64,000 bases of DNA from NCBI GenBank assembly GCA_903822975.1, contig CAIJRD010000001.1:72742-136741 (forward strand), written 5' to 3'. The translations under genes and the position numbers were made by a program. The notes beneath the pieces were generated by a model, which did not search any database, had not been told where the DNA came from, and saw only the letters and a list, made by a program, of their open reading frames with translations. Below, piece by piece: positions 52,520 through 61,346 of this stretch (positions are counted from its first letter, which is position 1; the number at the start of each line of letters is the position of its first letter). The DNA is from an uncultured Sinobacteraceae bacterium (lineage in GTDB: Bacteria > Pseudomonadota > Gammaproteobacteria > Nevskiales > Nevskiaceae).

Positions 52520-53455
52520 ATGTCCAGCCCCGCTCGCTACGCACTCCCCGGCCTGATGCTGGGCGCGGTCTTGATCGGCTTCGCGCCGATCTTCGTTCGG
52601 CTGGCCGACGTTGGCCCCACCGCGGCCGCGTTGTGGCGCCTGCTGCTCTCGCTTCCGCTGCTGGCCATGCTGCTGCCATTCAATGGCGCGGTGCGCCCGG
52701 AACCGGCTACGGGCGATCACGCTACCGCAGCCGCGCCGCGCCGAAACTATCGCTGGTTGTGGCTGGCCGGCTTCGCATTCGCGGCCGACCTCGCCCTTTG
52801 GCACCGCTCGCTGCACCTGACCTCGGTCGCCAACTCCACGCTGCTGAGCAACCTGTCGCCGGTGCTGCTGGCGCTGACACTGCATTTCGGGTTTGGCGAG
52901 CGCCAGGCGCGGCGCTACTGGATCGGCCTGGGTCTGGCCGTGCTCGGCGCGGGCTGGCTGGTGGCGGATAGCCTGCGCGTCGATGCGGCGAGCGCCTTGG
53001 GCGATCTGCTGGCGGTCGGCACCGCCGCGTTCTATGCGGTCTACCAGTTTCTGGTCAGCCGGCAGCGACGCCTGTTCACGGTGGTCGAATTGATGTTTCA
53101 CAGCGGTCTCGCAGCGGTGTGCCTGCTGTTGCCGCTGACGCTGCTGTCAGGCGAAACGCTGTGGCCGCAGTCCCTGCAGGGCTGGCTGATCCTGGCGGGA
53201 CTGGCGTTCATATCGCACATCGGCGGCCAGGGGCTGATCGCCTGGGCGATGGCGCATCTGCCGGCCGCGTTCTCCTCGGTGACACTGCTGGTCCAGCCGG
53301 TGGCCGCCGCGGTGTTCGCCTGGCTGCTGCTGGGCGAGCGCTTCGGCCTGCAACAGGTGCTGGGCGGCATCGTCGTCATGGCCGGCATTCTGCTGTGTCG
53401 CCTGTCGATGCCCGCACTCACGCGCGAGCCGCCGCCGGACAAGCCGGCGGCATGA
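52520..53455 (+). CDS. DMT/EamA family transporter
   Basis: Two EamA-like repeats, TSVANSTLL, LLVQPV, LGE. Confidence 0.88.
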   Translation: MSSPARYALPGLMLGAVLIGFAPIFVRLADVGPTAAALWRLLLSLPLLAMLLPFNGAVRPEPATGDHATAAAPRRNYRWLWLAGFAFAADLALWHRSLHLTSVANSTLLSNLSPVLLALTLHFGFGERQARRYWIGLGLAVLGAGWLVADSLRVDAASALGDLLAVGTAAFYAVYQFLVSRQRRLFTVVELMFHSGLAAVCLLLPLTLLSGETLWPQSLQGWLILAGLAFISHIGGQGLIAWAMAHLPAAFSSVTLLVQPVAAAVFAWLLLGERFGLQQVLGGIVVMAGILLCRLSMPALTREPPPDKPAA

Positions 53456-53606
53456 ACTTCGCTGCTGGATTGGCTCAGCCTGGCATCGAATATCATTATT
53501 TTGTTTCGAATCCCGCTGGGCAATTTCGTTGTTTCCTGCCGGCGTGCGCCATAAACTCGCGCCCCGGCTCAAGAACTTCGCGCGTGGCGCGGAAGGCATA
53601 GACATC

Positions 53607-54308
53607 GTGGATGAGGTCGTAAACAGCGCGGTTCCCGCGGCGGCTCTCGACGAGGCGCAGATCGCAGCGCTCAACGAGGCCTTCCTGCCGCTCGATTTCG
53701 AGGCGCGCATCCGCAAGCTGTATACCGAATTCGCGCCGGAAAAGATTCTGGTGACGTCCTCGTTCGCGGCGACCTCCGCCTATTTCCTGCATATCGTCTC
53801 GCGCATCCGTCCCGAGCAGACCATTCATTTCATCGACACCGGCTTCCACTTCCCCGAAACCGACGCATATCGCGACTACCTGACCAAATTGTTCGGACTT
53901 ACCGTCAGCGCCGTGCGTGCCGAGGACTGGCAGCACCAGTTCACCGTCGACGACAAGACCTACGAACGCGATCCCGATTACTGCTGCGCGATCAACAAGG
54001 TCGAGCCGCTCGAAGCCATCAAGCCGAATTTCCATATCTGGGTTTCCAGCCTGATGCGCTGGCAAACCGACCATCGTGCCGGCTTGCCGGTGTTCGAAGC
54101 GCGCCGCGGCATCGTCAAATTCAATCCGATGATCGATGTGACGCGCGAAGAACGCGACGCCTACATCAAGGAACACGACCTGCCGTTTCATCCGCTGGTC
54201 GCGCGGGGCTACTCCTCGATCGGCTGCACGCATTGCACCGTCGCCGGCGATGGCCGCAGCGGGCGCTGGCTGGGCAAGCCGAAAACCGAGTGCGGCTTGC
54301 ACCTGTAA
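53607..54308 (+). CDS. cysH: APS/PAPS reductase
   Basis: SSF, FIDTGFHFPET, YCCAINKVEPL, GYSSIGCTHCT, KTECGLH. Start at GTG 53607 is an estimate. Confidence 0.92.
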   Translation: MDEVVNSAVPAAALDEAQIAALNEAFLPLDFEARIRKLYTEFAPEKILVTSSFAATSAYFLHIVSRIRPEQTIHFIDTGFHFPETDAYRDYLTKLFGLTVSAVRAEDWQHQFTVDDKTYERDPDYCCAINKVEPLEAIKPNFHIWVSSLMRWQTDHRAGLPVFEARRGIVKFNPMIDVTREERDAYIKEHDLPFHPLVARGYSSIGCTHCTVAGDGRSGRWLGKPKTECGLHL

Positions 54309-54361
54309 GTCGCTCGCAAACCAGATCAGCGCGTCACGGCGCTATTGAAGCAGTAGCAGCC

Positions 54362-54736
54362 TCAGTCGGCGTCTGATAACGGAGCCGCGGCGCTGAACCA
54401 AGGCTCAACTGCTTTGGCAACCGAGACGATGTCGTCGAGTTGTTCGCGACGACCACGCAGCAGCAAAGTCACCCCGAGTGCGACCAAGCCAACCGCCAAA
54501 GCCGGGCTGCGCTTGGCGAGTCGCATCGTCATGCTGCGCGGATAGTGCGCACTCACACCGAGCGACGTCGATTCCGCGGCCGTATCTGCGGCGCCGACGG
54601 TGTCGAACAACCGAAAAGATTCCGCGCCTGGGTGCGCTGGCGCAAGGCGTAGCGCGACCAGTGCACGTTGTGCGGCCAGCTCCTCGCGCAGCTTCGCGCG
54701 GCGCTGCTCTAGCGACAGCGTGTTCTCGTCGCTCAT
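54362..54736 (-). CDS. YqjK-like small membrane-associated protein
   Basis: ATG at 54736 overlapping the YqjE-like stop; LRxELAAQR N-helix, YPRSMTMR, hydrophobic C-terminal segment; position in a yqjD-E-K trio. Confidence 0.6.
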   Translation of the reverse strand: MSDENTLSLEQRRAKLREELAAQRALVALRLAPAHPGAESFRLFDTVGAADTAAESTSLGVSAHYPRSMTMRLAKRSPALAVGLVALGVTLLLRGRREQLDDIVSVAKAVEPWFSAAAPLSDAD

Positions 54737-55170
54737 CGGTCCGACTCCTGCGTCTGCGTGCGGAACAGCGCGCGATCCTTCGCCAACTCTTCGCGCAAGG
54801 CAGCGAATGGCTGCGAGCCGCTCAAATTGATCTCTCCGGTTCGCCGCCACGCCAGCCAGGCACCGGCTGCGAATGTGACCAGCAAGGCGCCCGCAACCGG
54901 AATACGCAGCGGTGTTTCCCAGACCATCGCCAGCAGAAACAGACCGGAGAACGCAATCAGCAACAGGACAAATACTGTCGCCACCAACGTCAGGAACAAC
55001 AGGCGCAGCACGCGCGCGCGTTCCTCCTGCCATTCCAACACCAGCAGTTCGAAGGTTGCGGCAGTGTGATCTGCGAACAGATCGCTGGACGCGCGCAGCA
55101 AACGCCAAGTCGCGAACAGGCTGGTACTGGCGCGACCATCAGCGGCCGCGCCTGGATCGGTAACCGACAT
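54733..55170 (-). CDS. YqjE-like membrane protein
   Basis: FELLVLEWQEERARV, two TMs, LREELAKDR. Confidence 0.8.
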   Translation of the reverse strand: MSVTDPGAAADGRASTSLFATWRLLRASSDLFADHTAATFELLVLEWQEERARVLRLLFLTLVATVFVLLLIAFSGLFLLAMVWETPLRIPVAGALLVTFAAGAWLAWRRTGEINLSGSQPFAALREELAKDRALFRTQTQESDR

Positions 55171-55187
55171 GCGTAGGTGTTGCTGGC

Positions 55188-55553
55188 TTAGCGGCGAGCA
55201 ACCAGGAAGCCGAGCAGGAAGCCAACACCGGCGCCAACGCCGATCGACTGCCAGGGCTGCTCGTGCACATAGGCATCAGTCGCTTTCGCGGTCTTGATCG
55301 CGCGTTCGCTGACTTCACTGCTGAGTTCGTCGAGACTTTCTTTCGCGGCGGACACGCGCTCGGAGAGTTTCTCCTTCGCACGCTCCAGCTCACCGCCGGT
55401 GAGCGACGCCGTCGCCTTCACCAGATCTTCGATATCGGACAGGAAATCGCGCAGTTCGCCCGACAGCGCGGCGCCGAAAGTGGGATCGCCCTTGCTGACG
55501 GCGTTGCGCACACGACGTGCTGCGGATTCGAGAGTGCTGCCATTGGTTTTCAT
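55188..55553 (-). CDS. DUF883 (ElaB/YqjD) family protein
   Basis: YVHEQPWQSIGVGAGVGFLLGFLVARR C-terminal anchor. Confidence 0.9.
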   Translation of the reverse strand: MKTNGSTLESAARRVRNAVSKGDPTFGAALSGELRDFLSDIEDLVKATASLTGGELERAKEKLSERVSAAKESLDELSSEVSERAIKTAKATDAYVHEQPWQSIGVGAGVGFLLGFLVARR

Positions 55554-55680
55554 GCTCGGCCTCCTTGGTTGTCAAAGGTAGACCGTGCCTCCGGCAATTG
55601 GTGCAATCGAGTTGCACGGCCGAGCAGTAAGGCCTGCAAACCCGCGTCTTAAGATCGCCGCCTGAACCTTGTGCACCGCA

Positions 55681-55887
55681 CTAACTACCGCCGCAGCCAC
55701 AGCCGCGCCAATCGGCCATATCGGCGAGCGCGTTCAACTCGTCATCGGCACTCAGTCCGGCATCGAACGCGCCGCGATGCGCCTGTGCATCGCGCGCGAT
55801 CATCCACGCCAAATCGCGCGCCGCAGCGAGCCGTCGCAACTCGGCGAGCCAGTCTTCGTATGCGACGACAGTCGACGCCTCGGTCAT
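55681..55887 (-). CDS. Small hypothetical protein with C-terminal WRGCGCGGS
   Basis: 68-aa ORF 53 bp downstream of the fumarase gene, same strand; amphipathic helical pattern. Confidence 0.65.
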   Translation of the reverse strand: MTEASTVVAYEDWLAELRRLAAARDLAWMIARDAQAHRGAFDAGLSADDELNALADMADWRGCGCGGS

Positions 55888-55940
55888 GGCAGCCGCGCGA
55901 ACGTGCCGCGCGTCAACACGAAAAGCGCGGTATTCGCCGC

Positions 55941-57458
55941 TTATGCCGCGACTACCGGAATCTTGCCGATCTTCGCCTGCCAGATTTTCGGCCCGGTTTG
56001 ATGCACGGACTCGCCGGCGGCGTCCACCGCCACCGTGACCGGCATGTCTTTCACCTCGAATTCGTAGATCGCTTCCATGCCGAGATCTTCGAACGCCAGC
56101 ACGCGCGCCGCCTTGATCGCCTTCGACACCAGGTAGGCCGCACCACCCACCGCCATCAAGTACACCGCCTTGTTGTCCCTGATCGCATCGATTGCGATCT
56201 GGCCGCGCTCGGACTTGCCGACCATGCCCAGCAGGCCGGTCTGCTCCAGCATCTGACGCGTGAACTTGTCCATGCGTGTGGCGGTGGTCGGGCCGGCGGG
56301 TCCGACCACTTCGTCGCGCACCGGATCGACCGGTCCGACGTAGTAGATGAAGCGGTTGGTGAAATCCACCGGCAGTTTCTCGCCGCGGTTCAGCATGTCG
56401 GTCATGCGCTTGTGCGCAGCGTCGCGTCCGGTCAGCAGCTTTCCATTCAGTAGCACGACTTCGCCGGGCTTGAAGCTCGCGACGTCCTCACGCGTGATCG
56501 TATCGAGGTTGACGCGCCGTGCCTTCGAGGTGTCGTAGGTCAGCTTCGGCCAGTCTTCGAGCGAGGGTGGATCGAGCGCGACCGGACCGCTGCCGTCGAG
56601 CACGAAGTGCGCGTGACGCGTGGCCGCGCAGTTCGGAATCAGCGCCACCGGCAGGTTCGCCGCGTGCGTCGGATAGTCGAGAATCTTGACGTCGAGCACG
56701 GTGGTGAGTCCGCCGAGTCCCTGCGCGCCGATGCCGAGCGCGTTGACCTTCTGGTACAGCTCGATGCGCAACTCTTCGAGCTTGTTCGAAGCCCCGCGCG
56801 CGATCAGCTCCGGCATGTCGATCGCCTCCATCAGCGATTCCTTTGCCAGCAGCATCGCCTTCTCGGCGGTGCCGCCGATGCCGATACCCAACATGCCCGG
56901 CGGGCACCAGCCCGCACCCATCGTCGGCACCGTCTTCAGCACCCAGTCGACGATCGAGTCGGACGGATTCAGCATCACGAACTTGCTCTTCGCCTCCGAG
57001 CCGCCGCCCTTGGCGGCGACGATCACTTCGACTTCATTGCCGGGCACCACCGAGACATTGATCACCGCCGGCGTGTTGTCCTTGGTGTTGATGCGCTTGC
57101 CGGCGGGATCGGACAGCACCGAGGCGCGCAGCTTGTTGTCCGGATCGTTGTAGGCGCGGCGCACACCTTCGTTGACCATGTCCTCAACGCCCATCGTCGC
57201 GTCCGGCCAGCTGATGTTCATGCCGATCTTCAGAAATACGGTGACGATGCCGGTGTCCTGGCAGATCGGCCGCTTGCCTTCAGCACAGAGCCGCGAGTTG
57301 ATCAGGATCTGCGCAATCGCATCCTTCGCCGCCGGCGACTGCTCGCGCTCGTAGGCCGCCGCCAGGTTCTTGATGTAGTCGACCGGGTGGTAATAGGAGA
57401 TGTACTGCAGCGCGTCGGCGACGCTCTGGATCAGGTCGGCTTGCTTGATGGCGGTCAT
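55941..57458 (-). CDS. fumA: Class I (4Fe-4S) fumarate hydratase
   Basis: RPICQDTG, KGGGSE, GAGWCPPG, CAATRH, GPTTATRMD. Confidence 0.96.
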   Translation of the reverse strand: MTAIKQADLIQSVADALQYISYYHPVDYIKNLAAAYEREQSPAAKDAIAQILINSRLCAEGKRPICQDTGIVTVFLKIGMNISWPDATMGVEDMVNEGVRRAYNDPDNKLRASVLSDPAGKRINTKDNTPAVINVSVVPGNEVEVIVAAKGGGSEAKSKFVMLNPSDSIVDWVLKTVPTMGAGWCPPGMLGIGIGGTAEKAMLLAKESLMEAIDMPELIARGASNKLEELRIELYQKVNALGIGAQGLGGLTTVLDVKILDYPTHAANLPVALIPNCAATRHAHFVLDGSGPVALDPPSLEDWPKLTYDTSKARRVNLDTITREDVASFKPGEVVLLNGKLLTGRDAAHKRMTDMLNRGEKLPVDFTNRFIYYVGPVDPVRDEVVGPAGPTTATRMDKFTRQMLEQTGLLGMVGKSERGQIAIDAIRDNKAVYLMAVGGAAYLVSKAIKAARVLAFEDLGMEAIYEFEVKDMPVTVAVDAAGESVHQTGPKIWQAKIGKIPVVAA

Positions 57459-57723
57459 TGCGGGCTTCGAGTTCGGGGGCGAGGGACTGGCATTTTACCG
57501 CGCCGCTGCGCGACACCGGGCGTTCCAGTGCCGCAGTCGCCGGCGCCGACTGCGGCAAGCTGCGGAAGCGATTCGAACAATATCGATAACCGGCTCGACG
57601 CATGGTTCAGGCGCTGTCGATCTGCAAAGATGTGGCGACGCGAAAGCGATGACCACATCGTCGCGAGCCGAACTTCGGTTTTGAACTCCGGCCATAAGGC
57701 CCAAATCACGCTCAGGCCCCAGC

Positions 57724-58416
57724 ATGACGCCAGCACAGGAATCACCGCCCGCCAACATTGCCGCCGCGCCACCGCCGTGGCAGCTGTCCGGCTCCGGCTA
57801 CATCGTGCAAGTCGAAATGCCGGAAGCAGTCCTCGAACACGGCAGCTTCATCCAAGCCGGAACGCGTCGCATCGGCCGCAGCCGCGTGGCGACGATGATG
57901 TTCGTCGACTACGCCGACAGCGCGGTCGGGCCGTATCACGAGCTGCTGTATATCCCTGGCCATCTGCAGATCGGCCCGCGCCGCGATCTCTCGATCACGC
58001 GGATTTATGTCTCCAGCTGGCCGTCGGTCGTCAATGGCCGCGCCAACTGGGGCATTCCGAAAGATCACTGCACCTTCGATGTCCGTTACGGTGAAGACGG
58101 CATCGATCGCGTGGCGCTGAGCGCCGCCGATGGCAGCCGCATCGCCGAACTGGAATTGACTGCCTTCGGCCCGAGTCTGCCCGCGCCGGGACATTGGGTG
58201 CCGAAACGTTTTCGCACGCTGTCGCAGCTGCGCGACGGCAAGATCTTCAGCTACGTGCCCTCGGCGCGCGGCACGATGAAGTTCGCGCGCGTACGCAACT
58301 GGCAGTTCGACGCGCGCTACTTCCCGGATCTCGCGCAGGGCAAGGTGCTGCGCGCGGTGCGCCTGCCGCGATTCCAGATGACGTTTCCGATCGCCGAAAT
58401 TCAGCCGGCGAGTTGA
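57724..58416 (+). CDS. Acetoacetate decarboxylase-like family protein
   Basis: PPPWQLSG, DYADSAVGPYHEL, IYVSS, GRANWGIPK (Lys retained). Confidence 0.8.
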   Translation: MTPAQESPPANIAAAPPPWQLSGSGYIVQVEMPEAVLEHGSFIQAGTRRIGRSRVATMMFVDYADSAVGPYHELLYIPGHLQIGPRRDLSITRIYVSSWPSVVNGRANWGIPKDHCTFDVRYGEDGIDRVALSAADGSRIAELELTAFGPSLPAPGHWVPKRFRTLSQLRDGKIFSYVPSARGTMKFARVRNWQFDARYFPDLAQGKVLRAVRLPRFQMTFPIAEIQPAS

Positions 58417-58667
58417 AGCATCGAGCGCGCAAGAGGGTCGCGCGCGATCGGACCTGCGAGCATGCAGGCTGCAGCAGCAAACCTTCAGGCTGCAGCGGCA
58501 GACCTAAGTCATCTGCGACGCGCGTGCGCGACGAAGCTGCTCCTCATCGGGCAGGCGCACGCGGCGCAGAAACGAGCGCGAGTGACCGTGGTTTACCGAT
58601 GCGATTCATCGACGCGATTCGTCGACGCAGCTCATCGGCGCGGCTCAGCGCCGGCCGAAGCCTCATC

Positions 58668-59369
58668 TCAATCACGCAGCGAGAACGGCGTGAAGTTGGT
58701 ATCGCGGTCGAAGGTGTCGACACCCTCGCTGCGCTTCAGGAAGCCGACCACGAGATACGTGATCGGCGTGAACAGCACTTCAACCAGCACCTTGAAGAAG
58801 AAGTTGAACGTCATCAGCGAAACCAGCGTGTGGTCATCCATCACGCCGTAGAACGCGATCGGATAAAACAGCAGCGAATCGACGAACTGGCCGGTCACGG
58901 TGGAACCCCAGGCGCGCGACCACAGCGCGCGGCCCTCGGTCCAGACTTTCATCTTCGCCATCACGAACGAATTGAGGAAATCGCCGATCCAGTACGCGAT
59001 CATGCTGGCCACGACGATACGCCAGACGTTGCCGAACACCAGTTCCAGCGCCGGCTGCAGCGCGCGGTTGAACTCGGAGGTCTGGCTGGCCGGCATACGC
59101 AGAATGAAGGCGCTCATCAGCGTCGCGAAAATCATTGCGCCGAAGCCGGCCCAGATCGCTCGGCGTGCGCGCGCGAAGCCGTACACCTCGGTCATCACGT
59201 CGCCGAAGATGTAGCTGATCGGGAAGAACAGGTTGCCGGCGCCGAAGGTGACCGTGCCGATCAGCGGCAGGGTTGCGACACAGGCCTTGGCCGGGCCGAT
59301 CAAGTTCGAACACAGCAGCACCGCAACACTGCCGGCCATCAGGAAGTCGTAGTAGCGGAAAGCGCGCAA
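58668..59369 (-). CDS. Queuosine precursor transporter (YhhQ/VUT family)
   Basis: LLCSNL, FFPISYIFGDVMTEVYG, RIVVASM, STVTGQFVDS, VEVLFTP. Confidence 0.9.
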   Translation of the reverse strand: MRAFRYYDFLMAGSVAVLLCSNLIGPAKACVATLPLIGTVTFGAGNLFFPISYIFGDVMTEVYGFARARRAIWAGFGAMIFATLMSAFILRMPASQTSEFNRALQPALELVFGNVWRIVVASMIAYWIGDFLNSFVMAKMKVWTEGRALWSRAWGSTVTGQFVDSLLFYPIAFYGVMDDHTLVSLMTFNFFFKVLVEVLFTPITYLVVGFLKRSEGVDTFDRDTNFTPFSLRD

Positions 59370-59463
59370 GACGTGTGCTCCGGTGAGCGGTTCGAATGAG
59401 TGCGACGGCGGGTTGGTGCTGCAGCCGCGATGATGCCGCAGATTGCGTGGTTCGCGAATGCGA

Positions 59464-61200
59464 TTACAGCGCCTGCTGCTGCAGCGCCTGGGTAATCAAC
59501 GCGGCGATACGTCGCTGCAAGGCCTTGCGTCCGACCAGCGACCACAGCGCGCCGAGTCCGACACGCAGCACCAGGCGTGCCATCCGGCTGCTGGTGCCGG
59601 CCAGCGCTTGATCGCGATGCAGCCGGAACAGCGCATCGAGGCGCGCACCGATCGCCGGCATCACCGCGTCCAGTTGCAATCGACCGGCGGGCCAATCCAT
59701 CAAGCGCTCTTCGACCGCCGCAGTGCCGGTGAGCGGCACGATCGGCAGTTGCCCCTCGGTGTTGCGAAATCCTGCGGCCAGGCTCTCGTTCAAAGCGGCA
59801 TAGCCGTCGCGCACGATCGGATTGTCGGCGGGCAGCGTGAAATGCTGACGCAGGAACTGCTGGCAGTTGCGACGACCGAGCTGGTAATCGTGCTTGCGAA
59901 AATCCTGGTGGAAGAAGCCGAGGAAGCCTTGCAGCGTGCCGCTGGCGATCCAATCCGCTGAAGCCTCGGGCGCCTTCGATCCTGTCGGCGCGATGACGAA
60001 GCGGCTGTAGACCGATTCGTCGTAAGCCATCGCCAGCTCCAGCGGCTTGAAGCGCGACTGCATGATCCAGCCGCCGATCAGCGGCATGATCTGGCTCAAG
60101 GGCGGCATGCGCAGTCGTGGGCGTTGCGTGTCCGCATCGACTTCCACCGGCGGTGCGTCGCCGTTGTAGGGCGTCGACATGAACGGCGCGACCATCAGCA
60201 CCGCGCCATCGGCGGCTTTCGCCTCGCGCGGATTGCTGCGGCCGGGTCCGCCGGCGATCACTTCGCGCGCGAGCTCGAACGGTTCGTTGTTGTACATGCC
60301 GGCATCGACACAGGCGAAGGCATACGGCGCCGGCGGCTGCAGCGGATCTTCCCAGGCGGGTGGAATCGACGTCGGCGAGCCATCGGGGGTCGCGGCATCG
60401 AGATAGTGCCGCCAGGCATAGTCGCCCGGATCGCGCGTGATCAGTCGTGGCTTCAGAAACAAGGGAAACGCGCCGGACGCCACCGCGGCATTGCCGAGCG
60501 ATTGCCAGCGCTCGAAGTCGCTAATCGATTCGGCGGCCAACGGTGCATGTCCGCACAGATAGTTGGGCACCGGTTCGTCGGGGTCGGCGCCGACCAGGAA
60601 GCCCTGATAGTCGGCGTGCTCGGTCATCGCCTCGTCGTTGACCTTCTTGTTGCCGCGGAAATCGATCCGGTACGGCACGCCGCGCAGATTGCCGAGCGCG
60701 AAGCGCAGCACGAACGGCCGCTTGACGTAGGGCCGCGAGATCGGCGCGCCGGGAAACATCAGGCTGCGACGCAGGATGTCGTCGATCACGTCGCAATTGA
60801 GCAAGGCGTCGAACTCGCCGCGTGCGAGATCGGAAGGATCGAGCAGCGGGTGAATGTCGATCGCCTCGACCCAGGCGCGATACAGCGGGTTCGCCTCGGG
60901 CAGACCACCGCCCCGCGTATCAGGCTCGCCATTGGCGGCGATCCGCACATGTGGAAACCGATACGGCAGCACGATGCCCAGCAGCGCTGCGCACATGGCA
61001 CCTGCCGAAGCGCCGGAGGCGGTTTCGAGCGACACGCGGTGCGTCGGCACTGCTTCGCCCCGCGCCTGGGCCGCATTCCAGCAGTCGAGCGCTTCGAGCA
61101 GAAAATCGAGCACCCCGGCGGTATACGCACCGGCCGAAACCGCGCCGGCCAACGACAGGCCGATCTTGAACGCGGGCTGCGATGCACCTGCACTCGACAT
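59464..61200 (-). CDS. Patatin-like phospholipase-domain protein (578 aa)
   Basis: LAGAVSAGAY (oxyanion loop variant), GASAG (GxSxG), ASGAFP, VDAG (DGG variant); RBS agggag before ATG 61200. Confidence 0.82.
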   Translation of the reverse strand: MSSAGASQPAFKIGLSLAGAVSAGAYTAGVLDFLLEALDCWNAAQARGEAVPTHRVSLETASGASAGAMCAALLGIVLPYRFPHVRIAANGEPDTRGGGLPEANPLYRAWVEAIDIHPLLDPSDLARGEFDALLNCDVIDDILRRSLMFPGAPISRPYVKRPFVLRFALGNLRGVPYRIDFRGNKKVNDEAMTEHADYQGFLVGADPDEPVPNYLCGHAPLAAESISDFERWQSLGNAAVASGAFPLFLKPRLITRDPGDYAWRHYLDAATPDGSPTSIPPAWEDPLQPPAPYAFACVDAGMYNNEPFELAREVIAGGPGRSNPREAKAADGAVLMVAPFMSTPYNGDAPPVEVDADTQRPRLRMPPLSQIMPLIGGWIMQSRFKPLELAMAYDESVYSRFVIAPTGSKAPEASADWIASGTLQGFLGFFHQDFRKHDYQLGRRNCQQFLRQHFTLPADNPIVRDGYAALNESLAAGFRNTEGQLPIVPLTGTAAVEERLMDWPAGRLQLDAVMPAIGARLDALFRLHRDQALAGTSSRMARLVLRVGLGALWSLVGRKALQRRIAALITQALQQQAL

Positions 61201-61291
61201 GCTGATTCTCCCTGTCCCCGAAAACGGCATCGTGCCTGTGGTCGCATCGGCCGCGCGCGGGTTGGCGCACAGTTGATCGACGACTGAATTG

Positions 61292-61320
61292 AAAAGACCG
61301 CCCGGAGGCGGTCTTTTTTT
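61292..61320. terminator. Intrinsic terminator, likely bidirectional, downstream of pntB
   Basis: aaaagaccgcc-cgga-ggcggtcttttttt. Confidence 0.88.
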
Positions 61321-61346
61321 AAACTATACCGCCTGCGAAGCCGCGA

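Noticed and set aside
54733-55170. Phage holin-like protein suggesting a prophage
   Set aside because: It is the YqjE-like member of a chromosomal yqjD/E/K-type trio; no phage genes are nearby.
59370-59463. preQ1 riboswitch upstream of the queuosine-precursor transporter
   Set aside because: No preQ1 stem-loop or A-rich tail is recognisable in this GC-rich 94-bp gap.
58668-61200. CBASS-like or 7-deazaguanine defence system (patatin plus Q transporter)
   Set aside because: No cyclase, dpd or que genes, or other defence genes adjacent; two-gene proximity alone is insufficient.
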